Source of the DNA: Antedon mediterranea | Taxonomy: Eukaryota > Animalia > Echinodermata | Direction: 5' to 3' | NCBI RefSeq assembly: GCF_964355755.1 | Contig: NC_092672.1 | Span: 29,952,437 to 30,016,436, forward strand | Length of the DNA: 64,000 bases | The notes under the pieces: generated by a model | What the model saw: the letters and a program-made list of their open reading frames with translations, nothing else | Told to the model about the DNA's origin: nothing | Database searches by the model: none | Part shown: one piece after another, positions 24,101 to 37,269 of the stretch | Position numbering within the stretch: the first letter of the stretch is position 1 | How the letters are laid out: the number at the start of each line of letters is the position of its first letter | Translations under genes and position numbers: made by a program

Positions 24101-27100
24101 GACGACGCAACCTATGCGACGTGGGAAAATGAACTTCCAATAATTGTGTTTGCCCCCGCCTGTGTGAAATCAAACCTGAGATTTTTGAAGCACTGTTGCG
24201 TTTGTCGGTTCCCACTTATGATTACGCAATACATCACTTTGCGTCAATACACCGCTGCTTTTGCGTTCTAGAGTGGGAACCACGCTTTTCCGAAAGACGG
24301 CGCGTTATACTGTACATTCCAACCCGCAAGTTGGCATGGAAGAGAACGGCGATTTGATTCAAATCGCGTACCAAAGGTAATTCCCCACCACAGTGACCAC
24401 CACACCATTTTAGCCAACTGCGCTATAGGCTACCGCTCGCGGATATTTCTTATCGTACATAATAGTTGGGGACCGTCACAAATAAACATGAATATTCATT
24501 ACTCATATCCATTGTGACGACGTAAGAATTGATCTTACTACAATTCACTAATGCAAACGATTTTTTTGTCGATGTATGGGGTTCGAATCCCATGAGCAAC
24601 TTCTTTTTACTTTATGGGGAGAATAAGGTAATCTAAATGGTTAGCTTAAGTTATATATTTATTTATTTATCAATGTACACTCCTTGATCTTTCTTGCTCT
24701 AATTAATGATGCCATGCAAGACTCGCCATGTAAAACTTGGAAATATGTAGATGATTTGTGCATAGGTCAGATAGTAAAAAAGGATGTAATTTCCTCAATT
24801 CAGAATGATGTTGCTTTACTGAATGTATGGTCTAATGAAAACAAACTAAAACTTAACCTAACTAAATGTAAAATGTATTTTAACTTTCAAAGAAATCAAT
24901 ATGAACATGAACTCCTTTTCATTGGTAATGCTACAATTGAAATCGTTAATGAAACTAAGTTACTAGGTTTATGGATACAAGCTAACCTCAAATGGGACCG
25001 TAATGTTAAAGAAATTGTATCCAAAGCCAGCAGACGTCTGCCTATATTATGTAGATTAAGAAAGTTCAATCTTCCGAAATTTGATCTTGTAGATGTATTT
25101 AAGAGTTACATAAGACCAAGTGTTGAATATGCTGTCCCAGTATGGCATTCTAGTCTCACTAAGAAACAAAGTGATAGGATAGAATCTGTCCAAAAAAGGG
25201 CTTGCAGAATAATATTGTGTAATGACTACATATGTTATGACCAAGCGCTCAATGATCTTTCTTTAGACACTTTATCTGATAGAAGGCGTAATCTATGCTA
25301 TAAGTTTGCTCTGAATTGTTCAAAAAGTATTCATTTTGGAAAATGGTTTCCAGTGAAGAATGTAAGTAACATGAAACTAAGACGTGTAAAGTATCAACAA
25401 CCCAAATGCAGAGTTGAAAGATATAGAAAAAGTGCAATACCATACCTTATCTCGCTTCTAAATGAATAATCGGTATATATCACCCAGTACAGCTTTGCGA
25501 TTCTTATTGATGCTTTTAGGTGTTTTTTTTTTTTTTTCTATTTTAATATTTTAAGCTAAACTTTTTGAATGTTCCTGTATTGTATTTCTTGTGTAAATTG
25601 CCTCCTTTTTTATATATTATTATCATTGGTTTTATACTTTTATACAAATTTTAATATTGAACAAATGTAAATATCTTTGTAATTCAGCTAAGGCTGCGAT
25701 AATGATATTGAAATAAATGAAATGAAATGAATATTTAGGAAGTAGTTCGGCTATCTTTCACAGAGTCCCCAACTAACTTATGTACGAACAAAAATCGCAT
25801 GCTGCTCTCTGAATACATTTATTTAGCCCACTTCATATGAGATAGACAGATGTCCAATTTTTGAATTTGTTGGTGTGGAGCTCTTGTCTTGGTTTATCTC
25901 AAAAGATTTTTAATTTATTAATTAATATTTATTTCAGTATTTAATTTATAAAAGATAAGAGGACGAGATCTATAATTAGTGGGAAATGTATAGAAGACGT
26001 ACACACAATATAGAATTACTCCTCATTGAGAAAATCTCATTAGGGGACGACATGTATCCGTGAAATGAACAATAATAATATTAATATTGTTTTTTATTCA
26101 GGTGGTCCTTTGTAGAGGCTCTACTTATTACTCTCTCTGTTTTTTTTTAGTATCGTGATGACAAAACACCAAAAATATCGAAAGTCTACCCAAGAGCAGG
26201 CACTCCAGGTACATACGTCAATCAGTTCGAGTTTAGTGTCATAGGCCATGTTTCCGCAGACAAAAATGAACCGATATTTTATTATCCGATAAACAAAATC
26301 ATCGTTATGGCTGCGGAAACAAGGCCGCCATAGTAGTCGGATCATAGACAAACGTCTGTCTATGATTGGTCGGATATTAGAGAGCGTCGTCGACGCAAGT
26401 GAGTGTACTGATTGCAATTTTGGCGTTTCATAAACGACGTGTCAAGTCAAGCGTGACGACGTTTTGTTTATATTTTTCCGGGATATCTGGCGGCGTGTTT
26501 AAAAGAACGAGCACATTATTTAAGTCTATAATTAAAAGATACTAGATAATTGATACCAGATACCATGTAGGTAACGAAATATGTACATGTTGTTTTCAGG
26601 TGATACTAGGCCTAGCTAGGAAGGAGGCTCTAACCCTTTAGAGTTAGAGAGCTGCGAGAGCAGCACATCTAGCCTATATATAGGCTAGGCTAGGCCTACT
26701 AGCTAGGTAGAGTAGAGAGTACTTTTTTAGTTGTTTAGTACTACTGTACTACTAGTACTAGGCCTAGGCTAACTAGGGCTAGCCTAGATAGTAGTATTAG
26801 TATTACTAGCCTAGCCCCAAAACTAGCCCTACTAGGCTATTATATATGGTAGCCGATCACTCTGGTCGCCGTCGTGGGTGTCAGTTTGCTGTGCGATGTT
26901 ATTTTATGCACTAGTCTATAAAGGCTAAAAAAACAAGCCAAATTGAATAGGCTTAGACTAAGCCTATTCAATTTGGCTTGTTTTTGTGTTTTCCTTCCCA
27001 TTTGACCTGATTACCACTCATCATATTCTTTTACTAACTTTTGATTCACTGTTGATGTTTAGATTAGGCTATTAGTACTACTAGTATTTTATCATTTGAA

Positions 27101-30100
27101 GAAGTATATTTAAGTTGCATTCATTAATGATTTATTTATTATAATTACAGATAGTCCGGTGAGGGTTGATGGATTCATTGTATCTGACGTTGTAACTGAC
27201 GTCCAAACACAATCTGAAGAGTATGAAGAATCAAACACAAATATTGAGCTCAAAAGGTTAGTAAACATTACAGTGAAGCCTTGTTTACACTATCAAAATT
27301 TATTGTGATGTGCCCATATATGGACATGATGATGTCATATCATCACCATATTTGGGCAATTCACACTTTAGTTTGATAGTGTGGACAGAGCTTAAATAAA
27401 AACAAATTCAAAATTACTTGCTAAAAGCAAATAAATCCTTCTAAGAAATGGTGATTATAGGCGATGGTCATTCAAGATAGATGATATAAAAAAAAATGGT
27501 TTTTTTTCTCCTAAAAAATAACTAATAACTAATTTCAAAAACCAATTTTAAACGCTTTAGTCTTTAACGCTGAGTATTTTTTACGTTGAGTATTTAGTTT
27601 ATGGATAATTTTAAGCGATTAACATTTACTATTTGAAATGAATTTTCTCTTGATATTACATATTTTTATATGATTTACCATTCAAATAAAAAAAGTACTT
27701 TTTATAAAATAGAAAATAGATTTTCTGTTGACTGATTGATTGATTGAAATATATATTTATACTGGGTAACCTCTTCAGTCAAAGACTGGTCTCCCAGAGG
27801 GCCCAGTTGGTGATCAGTGGCTGTGATGTACTACTACACCGGGGTAACCCCCTACTCGTCTCGAAAGATGTACTAGGTTCTTTAAAGTGCACACGAGCAA
27901 GTGGTGTACACTGGACCTACGGTTTATAGTCCTTATCCGAGAAGACTCGTTCTACCACTAGAACCATGGAGTGAGTGAGCCTCGAACCCCTGCCCATGTT
28001 ATGGCTACGTGATTACGGTTCCACTGTCTTAACCGCTCGGCCACTCACCCACAAAGGATTCCAAATCAAATATGCCAAGTGACCTATTTAAAGCTCTGTC
28101 TACACTATCAAACTTTATGTGACAAAAATGTGATGTGCTCATATATGGAAATGTGATGTCATCACTACCATATTTAAGTATTTTACTACCATATTTGGTT
28201 ACATCACACACAGCTTAAAATGTGAATAATTTATTGGTTTTTTTTCCAGAGTGTTCATGGATGCTAGTATTTGTGACCTTATTAATCAGACATCCGGAAC
28301 TGTGTAAGCATTATATTTTTTTAAATATATTTAGTGTTTTATTTTTTATAAAGAAAAAAAAAATATATTTCCACGATGCATGTAAAAGTGCAATTCATAT
28401 CACAATATTTTTATTTCTTTTTATTTATTTAAAACATATTTAGGCAAGATAACATATTTCTGAAAATAAAAAATCAGAACATTTCTATTTAATAACAATG
28501 AAATGTGATGTGTCCATATATGGACATGATGATGTCATATCACATCATATTTGGGTATATCACTATCATATTTGGGCAAGTCAAACTAGAGCCTAATATT
28601 TAAAAATATAATTTTGTTGCAGATATGGAATTGACAAAGCATCAAATGGCTGGGGCAGCTTCTACTGTAAACCAAACAGTACTGTAGTCGGCAAGTATAA
28701 ATTTTTTTATCCAATAATTAACATAATAAAAACAAATAAGTTCTTGTTAAAATTATTACTTAAATGTACACAGAATTTCACTTAAAATGGTTAAATATAG
28801 AATTTGGTATAATTCTGCTATAAAAAGCAACTTTTTTCAGTAGTTTGGTAGTTTAAACCCAATGTAATACCATATCTGGTGACTCCCTAGAAATTGAAAA
28901 AATGAATAAAAACACCAGAAACGTAAAATTCAATTTATATTACCTATATTTAGTTATCTGATAATATTTTTTACCAAACTGTTTATTTTTCATAATTTTA
29001 GAGAAATGCCTCCCTATTCACAACCTGCCACAACAAGAATAGGATTTTACTGTGTATGTGAACTGAAAAGAAAATGCTTATTTTCAACACAATATCTAAA
29101 TAAAATCCAAAAAATTATGAAACATAGTGAGAAATATCGATAATTGTTGGAATGCCATTATTGATAGAAATGTCTTACCTGCACCTGGCCTTTTGATTCA
29201 AGATTATTATTTATTTATGTCTATTGATTTTCTTTGTGCTGCCCATAATATTTTGTATTTTTAGTATGTACATACAATGCTCTCAGCTTTTGCTGCGTTT
29301 TGTATTATATTTTTATACCAAAATAAATAAATAATTTATTTATTATGTTTTTGTTATATACTGTAACTTGCAGATTCCAAAAAGGTCTCCTTTTTAGTGA
29401 CTTCAGAATATGGGCATTCTTACACATACACGGACGCCCTCACCGTTAGTTACACCAGAGATATTTATTTGTTCCAATTATACACTGGTAAGTTTACAAA
29501 CTACAGTAGTATGTTCTTAATGTCATTTTATTTGATTTATGGTAAATGCACCTTTTCCATTGTTGTGTCGTCTCTTTGGAACTAAACTCAAACTTTCACC
29601 CACTTTTAATTCATTTAAAATTAATTTAAAAAATTTAAGGATCAAGGATTTTTTTTTTAAATTAACGCAATATAAATGTTGGAACCTGCATTAATTGTCT
29701 CCCCCATTGTCTTTGCCAACATAATAAGACATTTTGGTAGAAGCATTGTCATCATCGTCTCATATAAACGTCAATCCTTTTTATTGTCATAAAATGATAA
29801 TTTTCTCATTTTCCAGATGTTACCAGCGTATCACCGAACACTGGAAGCCTAGCGGGCGGTACAATACTCACGATAGAGGGAAATTACTTTGGGGGAAATA
29901 TTGAACAAGTTGATGTTAAAGTTGGAGGCGTAGCTTGTGAAGTACTGGAAGTAACAGACACTGTAATCAAATGTAGAACCGGTCCGCAGCCTGCTAACCA
30001 GACAACATATCCTGGAAATAGAGGGATGTTTAGAGAAGTCTGGAATAAAACTAGCGTACATGCGTACGTTTTTTTTTCCAATCTTTTTTTATGCTTCAGT

Positions 30101-33100
30101 GTGGCTCACCTTAACTTTGTGACTTTATTTCAGTAACGTTTCCCAGCTTGAAGCGCAAAAAATTAATATATACTGTATTACACTATTTTTGGTGTTTTTT
30201 GCTAATTGTTTAAAGTGTTTCTTATATATTTATAAATTGACACACAGGCATAGAACAAATTCTAAACTTTCTGGTGATATACTGAAAATTAATTCAATTT
30301 GAATATGATAACAAAATCTGCCCCATTTTAAAGATATATAGAAGTAAATGATAAACCATATTATCTTATGTTACAGGGATTTCTCAAATGCAAATTTCAG
30401 TACTACAACAAGCGACTATTTCAGTGAGATCATTGACGAGTTCAGTTCTCCTGAAGTACCTTCGTTTGGCGAGACGGATTATTATTATACCCGTTACACC
30501 GGTTACTTTGTCGCCCCCTACACCGGCGAGTTTAGATTGTTAGTTGACAGTGATGATCAATCCCAGCTGCTTTTCAGCATGTCTGAAAACCCAGACAACT
30601 TGGTAAAAATATATACTTTTTAATTTTAAGCTCACATACACTATCAAACTTGTGACAAAAAAATGTGATGTTCCCATACTATATGGAAATGATGATGTCA
30701 TATCACTGCAATATTTGGGCACATCACAATTTTTTTTTTCAAACTAGTTTGATAGTGGAGACAGCTTTTATACTACTATTAAATATTTCCACCTAATTTT
30801 GAAGGCAACCAAAACTTAGACCTTAGGATATTTTGGGGATTCTTTTCTACGAGCATTGACATTAAATAATACACAAATAATGAATATTTACGAGTCCAAT
30901 GGTACAATTAATTTCATGATGTGAAATATGAAAGGTTATATTTTCATGAGGCAAAGCCAAATGAAAATAAAAAAAAATCTTCTACCGAATGAAATTATTT
31001 ATTTCATTGCATGAAAATAAAACATTCATTAAAATTGTAGTGCTCCAATTTTTGACTTGGAGTAGACTACAGATGGCGCACATGATAAGTCAGCAACGGC
31101 CTTGTGTTTGTTATTAATTCTCCAATAATGATATAATTATAGCGTCCACTATCATAAAATCAAAACTGTGCTTGTTCAGCAATTGTCTGATGTCGGTTGT
31201 TCAAACATTGTAATTTTGCCTGTTAAGAGATGTCTTTAATAATAATATTGCAGTTTTTGTATAAACCATGGGCTATTTGTTTCAAAACAGGTATGTAAAA
31301 AAAAAGTTCTAATGCGTACTATTGCACGCCATGTGACCCAAAATCGTCCAATCAAATTACAGGAATGTATTTAGGTGTAATATATAAAAACAGGTATGTA
31401 CTGGCTTCGCTGTTTCTGAAAGACTTGCCACTTTAGGTTCAATTAAAATTAATTAAGAAACTTATTTATTTATAGCAAATTTCAGGATACAATGACGCTA
31501 CTGTATATACATGTTAGATTATTATTATTTGTTTTTAATTTAGACCAAGATAGCTTATGTTACTGGGTGGTCCTCCAACTACTATAAGTATCCAGAACAA
31601 GTTTCAGAATTGCTAAATCTGGTTGGTGGAAACCGTTATTATGTGAAAGCCATTCAGAGGGAAGGAGGTGGAGGAGATCATTTACGTGTCGGCTTGCTTA
31701 TGTACGATCTTCCATTTAACCATTCGGATCTTGGTGGCGCTTCAGATGAGAAACAAGTTATTGCTATTAGCTCTGTTGTACAGCCAGAAGTACAGGTGAG
31801 TACACATTTTACAACAAACAAAATAAAGTTTAGGCAAGGAGTTTTAGTATCAGCAAAAAAAATAATATAATTTTATAAATAATCGGCTTCAGCTTTAGCA
31901 CATTTCCAACCCATGTAAAGTGCCTTTCAAACCTGCTCCAGCTCTAACACTGGAGCGGCAAATCAAATCACATCTCAAGGTTTCGTCTTCATGACACTCT
32001 TAAAGCTGCTCAGCTAGTTTGATAGTCTTGATTTGTACCAAACATATGCTAGGTCACATTAAGCCCGTCCAAAATCGAATGCGTTTTCTTATATTTTTTC
32101 ATCAGGTAATAAAGTTTGACGTGGGAAATTCCACCGCCATCAATAATTTTGTATTGACACTTGATGGTGTCGACAGTGATGCTCTATCCAGTTCATCATC
32201 TGCAGAAGATGTTCGAAATGCCATCTTGAAAATGGCTGCTGTCAAATGTACCCGGACTGAAGGTGGCAATACATATTACGCAGTAGATTATGAAGAAACT
32301 CCTGCATACCATACCGGCAACCTTGTACGAGATACAGAGCCGTATTGTGGCCATGTTTCTTTGAGGTCTCCTGGCTACGTGTTCTGTGAGGGAAGGAATG
32401 AAGATCCCGATGGTGAAGACCTAGAGCCCTTCCGTGTTGATGCATTTCAATGGGTAAGAGACATTACAAAATACCATAGAGATATTATAAACAACTGGAG
32501 GGTTAACACCTATAAAATTCAAACTTAAAAGCTTGCAGCCATTATTAGGAACTTTTGATTGTACATGATGACCAGAGATGACAATAATGTTTGTCTGCAT
32601 TGCATGTGTTATATAAATATTCTTTATTTCATTGATAAAGCTATGAAAAATGATTGATGTGCAAACAGTCTTTTTCTAGTAGTGGTTTTTGTCGTCGACA
32701 AATCTCTTGTGTCCTTATCATGTTGCTAATAACTAACAAATACAGTACAGTATATGTCAATGAAAATACAAATACAGTAGAGGCCTGTTATTCTGTATGC
32801 CCATGTTTTAACTTTGACAACAAGGAAACTAAACTTAAAGCTCTGTATACCCATATATGGACACGATGACATCATAGCATCACCATATTTGGGCATATCA
32901 CTACCATATTTGGGTACATCACATTTTTTTTGTCAAACAAGTTTGATAGTGTAGACAGAGCTTTATGCTTCTTTTATCCATAAACGGTATTGTAGTTTAA
33001 ACTTTATGTTTTGCAATTATAACCAAAATATATTGTTTATTAATCTTGGAAAACAAACCACAACAAAAGAATGACAAAAGCTTCTGTCACCGAAGGCGTG

Positions 33101-36100
33101 CCTCTCCAACAGTATAGCCAGAACACACAAATAATAATTAATTAGATAAAAACAATTTACAGTTTAAAATAATTTATTAAAGGATTTTTTTTATTTAGAT
33201 TTGTTTCGCATATAAGGGTGGAATTTCAAACAAAATACGCTTTAGAGTTAATTGGGATTATGATGGAAGCAGAAGAAGTGACAATAGGGATTATTATATT
33301 GATGGCATCAGCAGCAGTACCAGGTAGGAACAGGTCATATTATGTTGGTATTGGTGAATTCTTAATCCACGGTTGTGTTTGCCTCATGAATTATTCATTA
33401 GTCAAGAGGTCATACACAATCTTCATAGTAAAGGGAAAAGGCAACTTATATCCACCAACTGTCTTGAACCCAGAGGATTAGGCAATTTGTCTTGCCGCTT
33501 TAAGCTCTGTCTACACTATCAAACTTTCTGTGACAATGCAATGTGATGTGCTCATATATGGACATGATGATGTCATATCACTACAACAATTTGGGTACAT
33601 CAATACCATATTTGGGCACATCACACAAACTTTGATAGTGTAGACAGAGCTTTATAGGGATATAAAACTCTAATTCCATTTTGAAATGTTTTCAAAAAAA
33701 GGAACGATACTTTGCTAAAACTTGTCTAAAAAAAATCATGAAAAACAAAGGTAGTCACAAACCTGTTTACCTGAACTAAAAACAAAAATAAGCTGAACTC
33801 CATAATTTAAGACTTATTGATTTGCAATAAGTGATACATAATTGTAATCATATCAGCTAGTGAATTCATTTATTTCTTCAGAAGACTGTTCTGTACCATA
33901 ACAACCAAATCATGAAACTGAATATTAATTTTAATTACCTTTTAAATAGATTTATTTTAAACTGTATGCATACTTTTATATATCTATGTATCTATGTAAC
34001 TTTTTGTCTGTTTTTTTGTGTATCTATGTAAAGCGCCTTTGAGCATGTTATTTCATGAAAAGGGCGCTATATAAATGTGGTATATTGTTATTATTATTAT
34101 TATCAACACATTCTCAACCTTTCTTTATTTCCTTTTGGACACACATGGTGTAACTTTATTACCATTCCGTTTTTATTGTTTTTAATAGCTGGCAGCATAC
34201 ATGTTTTCAAGTAGTGGAGTATATCAATAACGATGGGTGGATTGGAAACTCAGCTACAGAGGGAACACATTTTGAAATTGAAAGGATAACATTAAACAAA
34301 GAAGATGGTGCAGATGAATTCTACATTGATATGTTTGAAATCGCAAAACAAGAAGTGAGATGTAAGTATCATAAGTTGTTGATATAAAGTTGCGGTACAC
34401 AAGGTGTATATAGTTCTGAAAAGAACTTTTGATCACCCTCAGGAATGAGAGAGAATTCAGAAAATCCTGGAAACTTGGAATATAAGTGCAATAGAGTATC
34501 ACGGTGTGACATCACAACGGTAGAGGGCGCTGCATGGTTGCTAGCCAAACAAAAAAATGCGTTCAGCGCTACTATGTTGATAAACAGTAAAGATCTGTAT
34601 TTCTATCAAATTGTACCAAATGTACCTTAGCTTGATTTTTTTAAACTTAAACTGTAGTTGAAGAAAAAATAGATTATTAGAAACAAATATTTAGTGATCT
34701 TTTGAAATTTTAGTTTGTTTTTATTAAAAATTATTAAGTTTTAAAATGACTACTTTAATAAGCCTATTCCAAACCATTGGTGACCTTGGAGTCACTCAGG
34801 CAGGCTGAACGCATTTTTGGTTGCGCTAGCACCACCTACCATGACGTCAGCACCGTGATACTCTATAGGGTGGAATTGGTGTGAAAGCTAAAAACAATAT
34901 CAAGTTCACAGGGATTGAAAACAGCATTGTTTCTCAACAATGGTGAATGGAAACTAGCTATAGAAGAGCATTGTTTCCAAGCGTTAAAGAGTAATTATAT
35001 TACTAGAGAGTTAACTCCAACTCAACCACCTCAAAACAAGTCGTAACAGAAAGGGATCATTGAATATGGCTGCATATATCATATATGCTAGTTACTACCA
35101 CTACTTGGGTTCATTCTGTTGACAACATCAAAGAGTCAGACTTCTTCTTAGCAATTTCTATGACTAAAGAAATATATAATAATATAAAAGTAATATTATT
35201 AAGATATTCAATTGTTCTGAAAGCTTGGTACTTTATTTCTGGTTTGCTTACTTCATTGAGATCCAGCCACTGATACCCACAGGATTGTCATTTGTGAAGT
35301 GCTTATTTTGTTTGTATCTATCATTGACTTCTAGACACTGATATCGGCAGCTATGTCATTTTTTCAGTAATTTTCCTTTATTAACAAAATAATAATTTAT
35401 TTTGGAATTTGTGTTTTTCAGATGATCGATCAGAAGAACCCGCAAGACCAAATGACATCCTGATCACAGACGTGACAGTGGAGAAATCTCCTAGTGAGTT
35501 CAGAGTTCAGTTCTATGCAGCCGACTGTGGAACTGACTATCCTCTGCTAGGGATAAAGGATGCCACAGTAGATCAAGGGTCTACAAGCGGCAACTCTGTG
35601 ACTTTCAGTGACTCCTCATGGCCTGCCAGTGAAACGATTACTGTTGAAAGAGTTACTGCAGCCTCTTCACCGGTTACTGGAAATATTAAGATTTCTTGGA
35701 AAGGAAAAATAACAGGTAAATACGTTTTCATCGACCATAATTATTTGAAGATATTAAGCTGTAAAAATATAATTATATACTATATTTGTAAAAAAATTGT
35801 GGCTTGCATCAGCTTTGTGATATAGTTGATAAGCCCTAAAAAAAAAGCTCAGTGACACATTTATGGAGAGGTCCCAACTGGGTGCTATTCTTTTAAAAAT
35901 ACATTCAAACATAATAAAATGGGTAGGCCAGGCATTTTTTATGGGCATGTACATTGTGTATTTTGTTAATAACAAAAGGTGAAAAATGACACAACAATGG
36001 CACAATTCTTGCATTTAGTTGGCAGAATTTGCCAGTTAGTATTATAGCTTAAAAAGGTATTCAAATGTATGTACTATTGGGATGTTTGGGTATATCCAAA

Positions 36101-37231
36101 AAAATTGCACATTTAGCGGATTTTTCAGAAATATATAGGTCTATTTATGCAAGATGTCATTTCTCCCAAAGACACCTTGACATTTAGTGTTTTTTCCTAT
36201 CAGTAAGAGCCAGGAGGCCTGCTTGACCCGGCTAGGTCCGCTTAACCCGGCCATGCCAGCTCGACCTAGCTATATCCGCTCCACCTGGCTAGGTCTGCTC
36301 AACCCGGCCATGCCTGCTCGACCTAGCTATATCCGCTCCACCTGGCTAGGTCCACTCGACCCGGCTAGGCCATATATGTTATGTTATTCTTTATTGAGAA
36401 ATTAAATCAATCAGTTTCATTGAGAAGCCAAATCTAACAATGTTTTACATTACTTTACAGGCGTTATCAATATGGAAACCACTGCAAGTCAAATGAAAAC
36501 AATTCTAGAGGATGCACTTGATACTGGAACACTAAATGTAGAAAAGTCTGGAGACTGCCTGGGATATAGCTGGACTGTTGAATGGCTTCAGCTTGGCGGT
36601 AATCATCCAGCTATGGAGGTAAAGGTTTTCATAAAACTAGGCTAAAGCCTATTCTCCACTAGGCGAATTTTTTTGCGTGAATCCAACGTTTTGTAGAGAA
36701 AAAAATGATGCAACCCTTTCCATTACAAGAGCAAATAGCTGCGATTTTCATGTTCATCGCGTGTCTGCTGATTTTTTCGATTCGCATTAGTGCTCATGAA
36801 CGCATCATAGCTCATTCCCTGAGCTCTGATTGGTTGCACAATTTGTTTCTTCACAAAAAGTAGAAAAAATTCAAACTACTAATTTCGCTGTTCAAGCAAA
36901 AAACTCAAGGAGCTAGTATTTGTCGCAGAAAATGTATGACACACAGAAACTCGAATACGCATGAGCATAGTTTGGATCAACCTAACAGGACTGCAATGTT
37001 CCAGTATGTGTGCTAATTTATGTCGACATAGGGCAACAATTTGTGGTTACTCCTACTGTACGTTGTAGACGATGTGATTCACAAATTTGAAATTAAAAAT
37101 GTGTGCACAAGCATGATCTCAACATATTGTTATTGTTACTTATGATAAATAGTTTCGGCTGGATGGACCCCCTCATTAAAAAAAATTGTTCATTAATATC
37201 ATGGTTACTCGCTCCTCACATGCAAAGTGAT

Positions 37232-37269
<38 letters not shown>

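Noticed and set aside
31968-32012. Possible decayed hammerhead on minus strand (TTAAGA-gt-gtc-atgaa-gac-GAAA-ccttg)
   Set aside because: Core and cleavage triplet are not intact; cannot be distinguished from chance by eye.
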